Positions 1 to 13,151 are shown, counted from the first letter of the whole stretch. The stretch: DNA of 63,244 bases, filler included, from Octopus bimaculoides (GCF_001194135.2; 5 parts of 5 records of this genome joined end to end with filler, not necessarily neighbours in it), one strand, 5' to 3'. Made by a program: numbers and translations. The notes: generated by a model not told the origin, from the sequence alone.

Positions 1-30
1 TGTCGTTTAATGTCCACTTTCCATGCTGGC

Positions 31-345
31 AGCCTCAGGCCCACCAAAGCCTTGTGTGTGGATTTCGTACATGGAAACTCAAGGAAGACAGTCATATATA
101 TGTGTATATTTGTGTGTGTGTGTCTCCCCCACCATCCGTGTCCGTGTCTGTCTCCCCCACCATTGCTTGACAACCGATGTTGCTGTGCTTACATGCCCGT
201 AACTTAGCCATTTGGCAAAACACACTGATAGAATAAGTACTAGGTTTACAAAGAATAAATCCTGGGGTCAATTTCTTCGATTAAAGGCAGTGCTCCAGCA
301 TGGTCATAGTCACATGACCAAAGCAAGTAAACGAATAAAAAAGCT
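31..345 (+). mobile_element. SINE family 1, 5'-truncated. Other partial copies at about 1905-2260, 17975-18150, 23260-23530, 23930-24070, 30540-30720, 32815-33065, 34345-35100, 35250-35450, 41165-41410, 46285-46640, 61540-62160
   Basis: Shared blocks gatagaataagtactagg, ggcggtgctccagcatgg and accaaagccttgtgagtggattt. Confidence 0.75.
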
Positions 346-351
346 ATGCCA

Positions 352-386
352 TTTTAATCCCGAGCAATGCCGGGCATACCTGCTAG
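352..386 (+). mobile_element. Helitron-like 3' terminus
   Basis: cccgagcaatgccggg (359-374), then CTAG|T (383-387); same motif as 5365-5393. Confidence 0.5.
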
Positions 387-647
387 TTACTTCTAAATGC
401 TATTTTCAACTTGAAATAATATCCAAAAGATTTTCTGCAACAAGGTTCATCTTCTAATTTTTTTTATTACTTTTATTTTTGTCTTAAAAAGAAATAACTT
501 ACATGTTATGCTCTCTTTGTTGTTGTTGTTGTTGATGTTGTTCGTTTTGGCAAAGTTCTTTCTTTATTTGTCGTAATTTCTATGTAAAAAAAAATGAAAA
601 AGGACGATCATGTTTCTGTTTTCCTCAGTAAATACTTATCAAGGTAA

Positions 648-1033
648 TCATCATCATCATCATCATCATCGCTTAACGTCCGCTTTCCATGCTAGCATGG
701 GTTGGACGATTTGACTGAGGACTGGTGAAACCGGATGGCAACACCAGGCTCCAATCTAATTTGGCAGAGTTTCTACAGCTGGATGCCCTTCCTAACGCCA
801 ACCACTCAGAGAGTGTAGTGGGTGCTTTTACGTGTCACCCGCACGAAAACGGCCACGCTCGAAATGGTGTCTTTTATGTGCCACCCACACAAGCCAGTCC
901 AGGGGCACTGGCAACGATCTCGCTCGAAAATCCTACGGGAGCCAGTCAGGCGGTACTGGCAACGGCCATGCTCAAAATGGTGCATCTCATGTGCCACCCG
1001 CACAAGAACCAGTCCAGGGGCAGGGGCAATCTG
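648..1033 (-). mobile_element. RTE-clade LINE 3' end, 5'-truncated, (GAT)n tail
   Basis: Near-identical to 13285-13589, which belongs to the RT-bearing copy; (cat)n at 648-670 is the tail. Confidence 0.8.
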
Positions 1034-2509
1034 AGATAAAAACCATTCCTGTTATATGAATCCTAATAATATTCCTAGTAATATGCAAGATTATTTAATG
1101 TGCGAAGCCTTTAAGGCGGCAAGCTGGGATAATCATTATCCTACTGGGCAAAAGTCTTTGTGACATTTCGTCCATCTTCGTGTTCTGAGTTCAAATGCTG
1201 CCGAAGTCAACTTCGCCTTTCAATCTTTCAGGGTCGATAAAATAAGTACCAGTTGAGTACTGGGATAAATGTAATCAACTTAACCCCTTCACTGAACTTA
1301 TTGATCTTGTGCCAAAATTTGGAACCAAATATGTCATGCTCTTATATAGAAGATGATAGGAAATGGTTAGAGGCTTTTTTTTTTTGTTGTTATGTTGGTG
1401 AAGGACGGTGTTAGAAATGGGAAGTGAACATACAATTCGCACCAATTAGAATGAGGTCATATGTAATCATTGTTACATATGTATTGGTAGTGTGTCTGTT
1501 TATTTGACTCTCAGTCTTTCTCCTTCCTTTCTTTCTGTCTTTTTTCTTGGATCGTTCGTAAACATTCATAAGAGAAAGTAGGAGTTGAAACAATTTGTAA
1601 TGGTAACAGAAAGAGGGAATTAGATTGTATTACAGGGGAAAATGGTTATGTACGTAGTTTTATCAATTTATTTCGAAATTGGTAGTTATTTTGACAGAAG
1701 GAATGATCGTATGACCTACGTTATGGTATTTAGAATATTAATTCCGATTTTTTCATCCACAAAATTTGGAATTGTGTTAATGTATAAATTTTAAACATAC
1801 ATACACACAGAGAAAATCTGCCTTTTATAGATAAGATATATATTTCTTTTTGTATGTGTTTGTGTGTGTATCTGTGTGTATGTGTATCTTTGAGTATGTG
1901 TTTGTCCACCACCTCTACTTGACAACCTGTGTTGGTGTGTTTGCATCCCCATAACTTAATAGCTCAGCAAAAGAGACTGATAGAATAAGTACCAGGCTTG
2001 AAAAAAAGTACTGGTGTTGATTCTTCAACTCATGCCAGCATGGAAAGTAGATGCTAGATGATGATGATGATGATATATATATAATATTTTATCTTTTACT
2101 TGCTTCAATCTTAGTCAAACGAATTGACCCCAGTATGTTTTGTGCTTTTAAACCTGGTTCTTATTCTATTGGTGTCTTTGCTGAACTACTAAGTTACAGG
2201 GATGTAAACACACCAACACCAATTGTTGTCAAGTGAGGGGACAAACACAGACACAAAGATATTGAAAAATATTGAAAAAGAGTATTATAGTAAACAAGGT
2301 TAAAACATTATGGAATAAGTAGATAATGTTTTAACCTTGTTTACTATAATACTCTTTTTCAATAGTTTTAGACTGTAACTCTTAATAATTATATTAGTAC
2401 TGTTAATGTAGGTATTAGTTTACAGATTTTGTCTCTTTATATATATTTTTATTTCTCATGTTTATGTTTATTCCTTGAATGATTTTAGGTATTTTCTTAG
2501 GGATTTCAC

Positions 2510-2606
2510 CTGAAGAGTGACTGATTATTTCCCCGTTCTAATGAACTCAGATAGAATTTGCTTATGATTTTATATAGTCCTATTTCAGCCATGAAACGCG
2601 CGTAGT
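2510..2606 (-). CDS. Candidate downstream exon (YARFMAEIGLYKIISKFYLSSLERGNNQSLF)
   Basis: Acceptor agtacatag, donor CAG|gtgaaa; 97 nt open in phase 1 to 2 within very AT-rich, stop-rich flanks. No homology recognised. Confidence 0.3.
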
Positions 2607-2824
2607 CTATGTACTAGCACTAACTCTTTACATTTATACTTCCATGCTGTATATTCTCGTATTAATTTTCACTGTCCAATTTATAAATTTGACTTTTAAA
2701 TTTTTTAAAATTAATATTTCTATGATTTATTTATATTGATTTATATGATTTATTTATTTAATATATTATTTAATTTAAATTTTAGATTAAAATCTTAGAT
2801 ATATTAAGATGGTATATGCCTCAC

Positions 2825-2879
2825 AGCATGGATTTGGACGGGTTCTGAGTTGACTGAGTTGTAGAGTGGTGGTTCGTCT
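2825..2879 (-). CDS. Candidate downstream exon of the AKNA-like gene (RRTTTLQLSQLRTRPNPC)
   Basis: Acceptor actaattcag, donor GCT|gtgagg; phase 0 to 1, compatible with 3543 upstream and 2606 downstream. No homology recognised. Confidence 0.25.
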
Positions 2880-3542
2880 CTGAATTAGTTATATACATAT
2901 ATATTATATATTAGGAAACCCGGTGTAATATTATACCGATTTTTGCCTGTAAGGTTGGAATAAATTTTTATTCCCTAATATTATTACTATATATATATAT
3001 ATATATTTAAGAATTTAAGGATTGGAGAAAACGTATGTTATAATTGCATACTTTATTCCTACAAATGTTTCAAAGGATTACAACCTGTGTGATCCATAGG
3101 GATCTTTGATATTAAAATTCCCTGATGAGAAGGTTACAATTTTAATATCAAAGANNNNNNNNNNNNNNNNNNNNNNNNNNNNNNNNNNNNNNNNNNNNNN
3201 NNNNNNNNNNNNNNNNNNNNNNNNNNNNNNNNNNNNNNNNNNNNNNNNNNNNNNNNNNNNNNNNNNNNNNNNNNNNNNNNNNNNNNNNNNNNNNNNNNNN
3301 NNNNNNNNNNNNNNNNNNNNNNNNNNNNNNNNNNNNNNNNNNNNNNNNNNNNNNNNNNNNNNNNNNNNNNNNNNNNNNNNNNNNNNNNNNNNNNNNNNNN
3401 NNNNNNNNNNNNNNNNNNNNNNNNNNNNNNNNNNNNNNNNNNNNNNNNNNNNNNNNNNNNNNNNNNNNNNNNNNNNNNNNNNNNNNNNNNNNNNTATATA
3501 TGAAGGAGAAGAATATAACATTCACAACAGATACATACTTAC

Positions 3543-4019
3543 CTCTGTGATTTCCTTCATTTCTTGGTCCCCATCATCAAGACTTCCACTCAACTTCAGT
3601 TGCCAATATTTATCCATCAATACATTGTATTGAACCAGAAACTTCCCTTTCCTTGCTTCATAACTGTCATTTATCATTCCATCTTCTGGGACATTTTCAC
3701 TTTCTTTGGTCCCATCTAAACTATCGACTGGACTACAACTGTCACCTGACTGAAATGGCTCTTTCAGATTGTCCTGTAAGGTCTGATATTTATCCTCAAG
3801 TTCATCAAATCTCATCTGGAGATCAAAGAGGTACCCTTCCAGTTCTTTGTCTTCATCAAATATGTTGCCATTGGCTGCACTTCCAATCACAAATTCTTCT
3901 TTAATGCGAAGGTATTGTCGGCGCTGTTTGTTCTGCTCCGTGCAAACTTTTTCAATGAATTTCTTCTGTTCTTTGCGAGTCAATTGGTTTTGCTCCAGCA
4001 AGGTCTCCAGAGAATTCAT
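3543..4019 (-). CDS. AKNA: AKNA-like gene, coiled-coil exon (MNSLETLLEQ...MKEITE)
   Basis: 477 nt, phase 0 to 0; acceptor cttttttgctaag, strong donor GAG|gtaagt. DKELEGYLFDLQMRFDELED resembles the AKNA-family ELE.EI..L...LEELK helix as I recall it. Confidence 0.8.
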
Positions 4020-4188
4020 CTTAGCAAAAAAGAATGAGAAGAAAACAAAGAAAGAATGAGACAGAGAAGTAAAGAGAGAGAGAGAGAAATAAATAAAGAT
4101 AAAGCATGAGAGAATATAGGAAAAGATATATTAATATATACATGTGTGGGTATATATATGTGAGTATGCTTGTGTGTATGTGTGTACA

Positions 4189-4255
<67 letters not shown>

Positions 4256-4492
4256 TTCTCTCTCTCTCCTTCTGTGTGTACGCGCGCGTGTGTATATATA
4301 TATATATCAATATCTATAAAACACAAGATGTTTGTGTGTGTGTGTACGTGATGTGGGTTATGCACGTCCACAAATTAGCACGCATGTCGCTCCAATTTTG
4401 GGAGGACATTGTTCATGACCCTATCTGTGTTTTTGTCAACTTTTTCTCACAGAGGCACCTGCGTGTAGCTGTAAAAATCGATAAACTTTTAC

Positions 4493-4527
4493 CAATTTTG
4501 AAGTCTGTTGACATGGCGAAGTCAAAT
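4493..4527 (-). CDS. AKNA: Probable 35-nt micro-exon of the AKNA-like gene (DLTSPCQQTSKL)
   Basis: Acceptor cgcacag after a CT-rich tract, donor TTG|gtaaaa. Phase 1 to 0 is exactly what is needed to join 8151 to 4019. An alternative exon could be hidden in the N gap at 4644-5078. Confidence 0.4.
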
Positions 4528-5179
4528 CTGTGCGTACGCGCGTGAAGGAGAGAGAGAAAGAAAGAGAGGGAGAAAGAAAGAAAGAGAGAGAGAAAGAAAG
4601 AAATAGTGTGTTTGTGACAAGGGGAGAAACAGAGTGTTTGCCANNNNNNNNNNNNNNNNNNNNNNNNNNNNNNNNNNNNNNNNNNNNNNNNNNNNNNNNN
4701 NNNNNNNNNNNNNNNNNNNNNNNNNNNNNNNNNNNNNNNNNNNNNNNNNNNNNNNNNNNNNNNNNNNNNNNNNNNNNNNNNNNNNNNNNNNNNNNNNNNN
4801 NNNNNNNNNNNNNNNNNNNNNNNNNNNNNNNNNNNNNNNNNNNNNNNNNNNNNNNNNNNNNNNNNNNNNNNNNNNNNNNNNNNNNNNNNNNNNNNNNNNN
4901 NNNNNNNNNNNNNNNNNNNNNNNNNNNNNNNNNNNNNNNNNNNNNNNNNNNNNNNNNNNNNNNNNNNNNNNNNNNNNNNNNNNNNNNNNNNNNNNNNNNN
5001 NNNNNNNNNNNNNNNNNNNNNNNNNNNNNNNNNNNNNNNNNNNNNNNNNNNNNNNNNNNNNNNNNNNNNNNNNNNNNNTGGTTAAGGTTGTTGGTAAGCT
5101 TTCCTAAGTTACTCCAATCCAGATCCCCAATGCAAACCTTCAGATCAACCTTCTCCTATGCAGATCTCTAATGCAACAT

Positions 5180-5392
5180 TTAAAAAAAGAGTCAATAAGT
5201 GAAAATAACCAATAAACTGATTCCTTATGGGATTTCCCAATCAAATTGCCAGCAAACCATTTTCAGCCAAACCAATTTCAACGGATTTCGCTCAAATCTG
5301 ATGTCGATGTTACTTATTTTGGTTTGAAATAAAGGACTTAATCATTTAATAATCCTAGCTTAATCCCGAGCAGCGCCGGGTTATACTGCTAG
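5180..5392 (+). mobile_element. Non-autonomous Helitron-like 3' end
   Basis: Hairpin cccgagcagcgccggg (5365-5380), then CTAG (5389-5392) followed by T. The left boundary is approximate. Confidence 0.55.
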
Positions 5393-5419
5393 TATATATA
5401 TATATATATATATATAAAG

Positions 5420-5612
5420 TATTCATGCTGGTGCCACATTAAAATCACCTAGCACATTCCGTAAAGTAATTGGTACTAGGAACGGCATCCAGCCATAGAA
5501 ACCAAGCCAAATCAGACAGGAACCTGGTACAGCTCTCCTGCTTGCTATTTCAAGTCAAACTGCCTGACCCAAACCAACATGGAAAACGGATGTTAAAGGA
5601 TGAGGATGATGG

Positions 5613-5700
<88 letters not shown>
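5420..5700 (+). mobile_element. Diverged RTE-type 3' end with long (GAT)n tail
   Basis: ggcatccagccatagaaacc..catggaaaacggatgttaa is the reverse complement of the RTE 3' end motif and is followed by (gat)n at about 5600-5700. Confidence 0.65.
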
Positions 5701-7056
5701 ATATAGATACACAAATAGGGTTTAAATGTGTTCCATTTATACCTATGTTGTACCTAGAACCAGCCATGAGCCAAATCTCTCTGATTAAAGGCAAGTACTC
5801 CAGCATGGCCACAGTCACATGACCAAAATAAGTAAAAGAATAAAAAGCTATGCCATACACACGCACACACACACTCACACAAACACACATATCTATATAT
5901 ATGTACAACAGCTATTCTTTTATATAAGTTTTATTAAAGACCCAACTTCGTTCCAGTTTTATCTTTCTCTATTACAAATTTTTCATTTTTTCATATCAGT
6001 AAGTTAAGAGTTGTAAAATGTGCATTAAATGTGCATTAAAATGTGCATTAAATTCCCATGCACACTTTTTACCAGTCATTGATTTATGTGCCTCAATTCT
6101 CTATAGCTGATATACTGTGAAAACTTATAATTAGGTTACCGATATTAGAAATATATTTTATGTACCTTGAATTGTATATGATATAGAATTTGATATGCTT
6201 GATATAGTTGATATATATAATTATTATATCAAAAGTTGACAGCTCAGACAGCTTCACCCCAGAGTGGGCCATTCAATAGAACTTATTAATAAATAATATA
6301 CTAACAACTAATTCAAGGTGTATACTCCACCCATTATATTGAGAGAGAGAGAGAGAGAGAGATAACAGCTGACAACTAATGATAAATGAGTTGAGCAACA
6401 GACAATGGTTTTGTTTAACCTGTGATCCTGTTTCTCTTCCCGAGTACTCTAAGTAGAAACATTGAAGCCAAAAGAACTGCTCACTCCAAAGCCAGTGAGT
6501 TAATTTTTACCATTTTCTCAAGATTTCTTGCTTCCTTCAGTAGTGTTATTTTAATACTTTCTGCCTTTGATACATATTTTTGGGATTCGAGGTCATGATT
6601 CCCTTCTTGTTGAAATTTCTTTGATTCACTATTTCCATGGAAACCAGATTTCATACACCCTGGAGAGAAGAATTTGACAATAAAATTAATAATACAACTT
6701 ATAAATTAAATATTAGGGGTTAAATATCAGGTGTGTGATCTGTAGGCTAGGTAACTGGGCTATTGGTCATTAAGGCAGATTTTCTATGGCCAGATGGCCT
6801 TTGAGTTGTTAACCTTCATCTGTTTTTAAACGAGGTAACATTTTCCCAAAGCCAGTTGGTCAGACATGTTTTTCACATAAGACTGGAAGTGAAGAATACT
6901 GTATGAGGATATTCTTATTAATGACTATTGCTTGATGGAGAATTTATCGACAGTCATATATTGATTGTGGCAGGATTACATTGCAATGAAATTACAGATA
7001 CACACACACACACCTCCTCCTCCTCCTCCTCCTCCTCCTCCTCCTCATCATCATCA

Positions 7057-7117
<61 letters not shown>

Positions 7118-8150
7118 TTAACATCTGGAGGGAGAGAAGGTTGTACCAGAACTCATCTGGTACTCATTATATCAGTGTGAAATGAAATATCTTGCTCAGG
7201 GGCTCAACACACCATCCAGTCCAGGATTTGAACCGACAACCTTATGATCAAGAACCAAATGCCCTAACATGATAATGTAATTGGCCACAATGAATTTACT
7301 GTGATGAATTTATCAAATATCAAATATTGGCTTCAAATTTTGACACAAGGCCAGCAATTTTGGGGAAAAGGCTAAGTCAATTACATTGACTCCAGCGTTC
7401 AGCTGGTACTTATTTTATTGACCCTGAAACGATGAAAGGCTCCGTTGACCTCAGCAGAATTTGAACTCAGAACATGAGGATGGACAAAATGCTGCCAAGC
7501 ATTTTGCCAGGCATGTAAACGATTCTGCTTGCTTCTGCCTTATCAGATGTAAAATATTAAGCTTTGATAAATTACAAGAGACTGTTGTCATCATCGTCTT
7601 TGCTGTTGTCTTGTTGTTGTTGTTGTTGTTGTTCTTGTAATACGTCAGGTCATCTCTGATGAAGAAGCTGTGTTGTGAGCAGAGTGTCAGTTTATAAAGC
7701 AGATACAATCCACAGATCCATGGATCCAGACATGCAATATTTCTATCTAACTGGAAACTGCCCTTCACAACAGCATCACAACTATACGCTGTCTTATATC
7801 TTAAATAACTCGCACCAAAACACTGACATACTTCACCCAGTTGCACTCAACACAACCTGACCTGAGTGACATGCTGCATTCACCACATTACCAATCAGTC
7901 ACACTGTGCACCCAACTTGACATACGTTAAACAATTATTGTGCACTCAATGCTACTGCATCAAACACAGCGCACATTAAGTCACTCTGCGTTTAATACAT
8001 TACACACTGACTGCACCTATTTAACTAATATTAAACAAGCTTCACCTCCACAAAAGGGCGACAAATACACAGACAATCACAACAATGACAACAACAATAA
8101 AGGATAAAAGAAACCTTTAAATCTAAAACACAAACATCGAAATCAATTAC

Positions 8151-9967
8151 CTTCATTTCGGCTGTCTTGATTTGCCAAAAAGGCAGAATGCAGAGGTGTT
8201 GATGTCACCAGAGGGCGACAGAAATTTATGTTGTTCATAAAAGTTTGTGATCCGTTCCGAGATGACAATAACGGGGCAGAGCTGGCGCCTAAACGCATCT
8301 CATCGATTGTATTAGCAGCATCGGCATACCGTGTGAGAAGATCACTGTACTGATTCTGTAACTCTTCAACAAGTTCAGTGGCTTTTCTCCTCTTTTCAGA
8401 TTCCTGAACAAGTTTATCATTCAGTTCCATAACAGAAGAGAAAGTAGAGAGATTTTCAGAAGATCCTTGGTCAGTCTGGAGTTTGTTAAGTTCTATAAGA
8501 GATTTGTGTTTTGATTTGACAGGAGTTAAATGACATGATACATCAGTAACACTCTTACTTTTAATTCTGGAACTCTTGAGAATTTCCCCAGATGTTGGCC
8601 AAGTTCTTGAATCTACTTCCTCTTCCTTTTTTACCTCACCATCTTTTCCTTTTTCTCTTTCTTCAAGAGTCACTTCTTTACTTTCTGGGAATTTTATTTT
8701 ATTCTCTACTTTATCCATTTTTCCACAAGAATTCTTCCTCTTACAACAATTATTACTCACATCAACTGCAGATTCATGCTGGATGAGTGAGGTGGTTGTT
8801 TTGTCTGGTAATTCTTGACAAATTTCATCAGCTGTCATTCCGCTTTTGCTATTGGACAGTTCTTGATCCATATAATCATTTTGCATTGTTTTCAAATTGG
8901 TGAAATCCTTTATTAGAAATGTATTCGCATGTAGTCTGCCTGTGGAATTAATCTCATTCTTGTCTTGTGGAACAGCTGAAAGGGCAAACATGTTCTTTCT
9001 TTCAATATCAAACTGACCATCTGTAGTATTGATACAGTGTACATCATGTAAATTTGGTGTGCAGTCATCAAAATATTTTTGTGATTGATCTTTCAATTCA
9101 TTAAACCTATTTTCTGAGACAGAAGAATTGATTGTGGAAGAATAATTCCAAAATGTGAAGTCAGGATTGGATTCTCCAGTTTCTTTAATTTGCTCCTTGT
9201 CATAGGGAGATGGAATTTGAAGATCTTCAACAGGGTTCACAGATGAACGACAATGATTGAAATTATTTTCATTACCAGAATTACTAACGTTGAATATTTC
9301 TGGGAAAATTTCAGTGCTATGTTTTGAAGAAATGGTTTTATCTGATCTTTGTCCAGATTCTGAAACTTTTAAACTTCTCAATGCCAGATCTTCTGATTCT
9401 TGCTGGAATGGTTTCTCTTCACTGAAATCAATATGTCCAGTTATCAGAAAGAGTTCATCTTCATCTGATTCTCTACAGAATTCTTTATTTGGATAGTTTT
9501 CTTTTTCCATTCCAGTTTCTGATGGTGATAGCCCTTTCACAGCAGATGATGACAATTTTCCACCCAATGATGGAATACGAACCATTTCAGAAGGATTTTG
9601 GTAACATGTATAGTAATTTTTCACAAAGAATTCTTTATTTCCTAAAAATTCTCCATCTTCGCACACTTCATCACTGTTTTCATGAATGTCAAATGGTTCT
9701 TCATGTTTTACCAAGAGGGCAGCAAGAGGATCTTCATCAAAAGAATTATTGGATTTGTCTTTAGAAACATCTAAAGATTCTTTAAAATGTTGCAATGAGT
9801 ATTTCTGGCAACTTTCAGAATCTCTGGGTTTAAGTTCCACACTTTGGCAATTTAGTTGAAGACAAAAACCATTCCTGTCATCAAAAAGAATATCTGGAGA
9901 AATATTTTCTAACTTGTCTGGGAAACTCTTCTCTTCATCTGATAACTCCAAATCACTGATACAGTAT
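8151..9967 (-). CDS. AKNA: AKNA-like gene, large 1817-nt exon containing the AKNA-domain motif
   Basis: About 605 open codons; acceptor tgtcttttccag, donor AAG|gtaatt. Near its 3' end (about 8284-8395) KRRKATELVEELQNQYSDLLTRYADAANTIDEMRLGA matches my recollection of vertebrate AKNA (..QLQEDYHRLLTKYAEAENTIDQLRLGA). The rest is acidic and likely disordered. Confidence 0.85.
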
Positions 9968-10097
9968 CTGGAAAAGACATGTAAAAAAATATCTTAGTTG
10001 TTAAGGTAACCTTAGCCGTGTGAGGACGAGGTTTGTTGGGCAAGTGTCTTCTACCACAACAGCCACAGGTAGATCAATGAATTGTGTGCAGATGCCC

Positions 10098-10155
<58 letters not shown>

Positions 10156-10495
10156 NNNNNNNNNNNNNNNNNNNNNNNNNNNNNNNNNNNNNNNNNNNNN
10201 NNNNNNNNNNNNNNNNNNNNNNNNNNNNNNNNNNNNNNNNNNNNNNNNNNNNNNNNNNNNNNNNNNNNNNNNNNNNNNNNNNNNNNNNNNNNNNNNNNNN
10301 NNNNNNNNNNNNNNNNNNNNNNGGCAAAACATTTATTTTGGAAGCTGTAGTGGTGGTGGTGGTGGTGGTGGTGGTGGTGGTGGTGGTGGTGGTTGATGGT
10401 GATGATGATGGCAATGATGACAAAGACACTACCACCACAACCACCACCCATAATGTCTATGATGGTAATAAAAAAGAGACTTAATAACAATGTAC

Positions 10496-10670
10496 CTGGT
10501 TTCAGGTAAGCCACATTCTTCTAACAAGTTCTGATGCATTTCAGTCTTGAAGTCTGAGATTTCAGGATGGTCCCCGAAACCCCCGTCACTCTGCCAAAAA
10601 ATGCTGCTGTGTTCTGGGCCATCATTTCTACCATCTTGCACAATGCCATTTTCATCTAACAACAGACTGC
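10496..10670 (-). CDS. AKNA: AKNA-like gene, coding exon 2 (SLLLDENGIVQDG...EECGLPET)
   Basis: Acceptor gttattgtttcag and donor CAG|gtacat. 175 nt, open, phase 1 to 2; joins the large exon in frame (AG+A=Arg). Confidence 0.75.
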
Positions 10671-10818
10671 CTGAAACAATAACGACAACAACAACACATA
10701 ATTTTCTAATCAGAATTCTCTAGAATGTTCATTTCAGTACACAGTAAAAGTTTAATTAATTTCCAATTTAGTTTTGCAAGAATTTCTGCCTGAAATGATG
10801 TGTTGAAACCAATGTTAT

Positions 10819-10973
10819 CACTAGCATAGTCAGAGTGTGTGCCGCCCAGGATGGCCCTTCAGTTTGCTGCCCTCAGGCCCCCACAAAAAATACATATTGT
10901 CTACAGCAGACCCAAAAGTGGTGCCATAAAAGTGCTGCCAATGGTGGATTGCCCCACTCTAGCTACATTAGTG
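10819..10973. mobile_element. Old hAT-type MITE
   Basis: Degenerate TIRs CACTAGCATAGTCAGAGTG / CACTAATGTAGCTAGAGTG; 8-bp flanks aatgttat / aatgttgt (7 of 8 match). Confidence 0.6.
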
Positions 10974-11239
10974 AATGTTGTTTTATGTATATATACCTAT
11001 TATTCTAAAAATTGAATCAGTATTTCCTCGGATGAAACCATCCCTTCATAAGGTTAATGCAACCTCTAATTAAATTTATATATACCATATTTTAATGTGT
11101 ATAAGGAACCCTCATGTATAAGGAACCTCCCAAATTTTGGGGCTTAAAATTTGGAAAAAGGCTTTGTAAGGGATTAATAATATTCTTTTTCTAACCAGTC
11201 ACTATGCTTGACTACTAAATCCACAAGTTTCTTTTTATC

Positions 11240-11446
11240 CTCTCTCTCTTTTACTCTTTTACTTGTTTCAGTTATTTGACTGTGGCCATGCTGGAGCACC
11301 ACCTTAAGTCGAGCAAATTGATCCCAGGAATTATTCTTTGGAAGCCTAGTACTTATTCTATCAGTCTCTTTTGCCGAACCGCTAAGTTACGGGGACGTAA
11401 ACACACCAGCATCGGTTGTCAAGCGATGTTGGGGGGACAAACACAG

Positions 11447-11497
<51 letters not shown>

Positions 11498-11618
11498 CAT
11501 ATACATATATACGACGGTCTTCTTTCAGTTTCCGTCTACCAAATCCACTCACAAGGCTTTGGTCAGCCTGAGGCTATAGTACAAGACACTTGCCCAAAGT
11601 GCCATGCAGTGGGAATGA
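11240..11618 (-). mobile_element. SINE family 1, head lost in gap
   Basis: Colinear with 40000-40360. Confidence 0.8.
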
Positions 11619-12550
11619 NNNNNNNNNNNNNNNNNNNNNNNNNNNNNNNNNNNNNNNNNNNNNNNNNNNNNNNNNNNNNNNNNNNNNNNNNNNNNNNNNN
11701 NNNNNNNNNNNNNNNNNNNNNNNNNNNNNNNNNNNNNNNNNNNNNNNNNNNNNNNNNNNNNNNNNNNNNNNNNNNNNNNNNNNNNNNNNNNNNNNNNNNN
11801 NNNNNNNNNNNNNNNNNNNNNNNNNNNNNNNNNNNNNNNNNNNNNNNNNNNNNNNNNNNNNNNNNNNNNNNNNNNNNNNNNNNNNNNNNNNNNNNNNNNN
11901 NNNNNNNNNNNNNNNNNNNNNNNNNNNNNNNNNNNNNNNNNNNNNNNNNNNNNNNNNNNNNNNNNNNNNNNNNNNNNNNNNNNNNNNNNNNNNNNNNNNN
12001 NNNNNNNNNNNNNNNNNNNNNNNNNNNNNNNNNNNNNNNNNNNNNNNNNNNNNNNNNNNNNNNNNNNNNNNNNNNNNNNNNNNNNNNNNNNNNNNNNNNN
12101 NNNNNNNNNNNNNNNNNNNNNNNNNNNNNNNNNNNNNNNNNNNNNNNNNNNNNNNNNNNNNNNNNNNNNNNNNNNNNNNNNNNNNNNNNNNNNNNNNNNN
12201 NNNNNNNNNNNNNNNNNNNNNNNNNNNNNNNNNNNNNNNNNNNNNNNNNNNNNNNNNNNNNNNNNNNNNNNNNNNNNNNNNNNNNNNNNNNNNNNNNNNN
12301 NNNNNNNNNNNNNNNNNNNNNNNNNNNNNNNNNNNNNNNNNNNNNNNNNNNNNNNNNNNNNNNNNNNNNNNNNNNNNNNNNNNNNNNNNNNNNNNNNNNN
12401 NNNNNNNNNNNNNNNNNNNNNNNNNNNNNNNNNNNNNNNNNNNNNNNNNNNNNNNNNNNNNNNNNNNNNNNNNNNNNNNNNNNNNNNNNNNNNNNNNNNN
12501 NNNNNNNNNNNNNNNNNNNNNNNNNNNNNNNNNNNNNNNNNNNNNNNNNN

Positions 12551-12583
<33 letters not shown>

Positions 12584-12630
12584 GAGAGAGAGAGAGAGAG
12601 GCAGAGAGAGAGAGAGGCAGAAAGAGAGAG

Positions 12631-12674
<44 letters not shown>

Positions 12675-12888
12675 GAGTGAGAAAGAGCATATGAAAGACA
12701 TGAGAGAGAGAGAGATTAAGACAGAGAGAGAGATTGAGACAGAGAGAGAGACTGAGACAGAGAGAGACAGAGAAAGAGAGAGAGAGACAGAGACTGAGAG
12801 AGAGACAGAGAAAGAGAGAGAGAGAGACAGAGAAAGAGAGAGAGAGACTGAATGAAAGAGAGAGAAAGAGAGAGAGAGAGACTGAATA

Positions 12889-12943
<55 letters not shown>

Positions 12944-13151
12944 AAGAGAGAGAAAGAAAGAGAGAGAGAGAAAGAGAGAGAGAGAGACTGAATAAGAAAG
13001 AGAGAGAGAAAGAGAGAGAGAGACAGAGAAAGAGAGAGAGAGACAGAGAAAGAGAGAGAGAGAGACAGAGAAAGAGAGAGAGAGAGACAAGAGAGAGAGA
13101 GAGAGAGAGACAGAGAAAGAGAGAGAGAGAGACTGAATGAGAGAGAGAGAA

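Noticed and set aside
3103-3154. 17-bp perfect inverted repeat whose loop contains CTGATGAG (hammerhead-like core)
   Set aside because: No stem II/GAAA/NUH elements follow. It abuts a gap and may be a foldback artefact.
7451-7860. ORFs on both strands inside the AKNA-like intron as an extra exon
   Set aside because: No phase-1 acceptor gave an open frame; the minus ORF runs through a (CAA)n repeat and a SINE.
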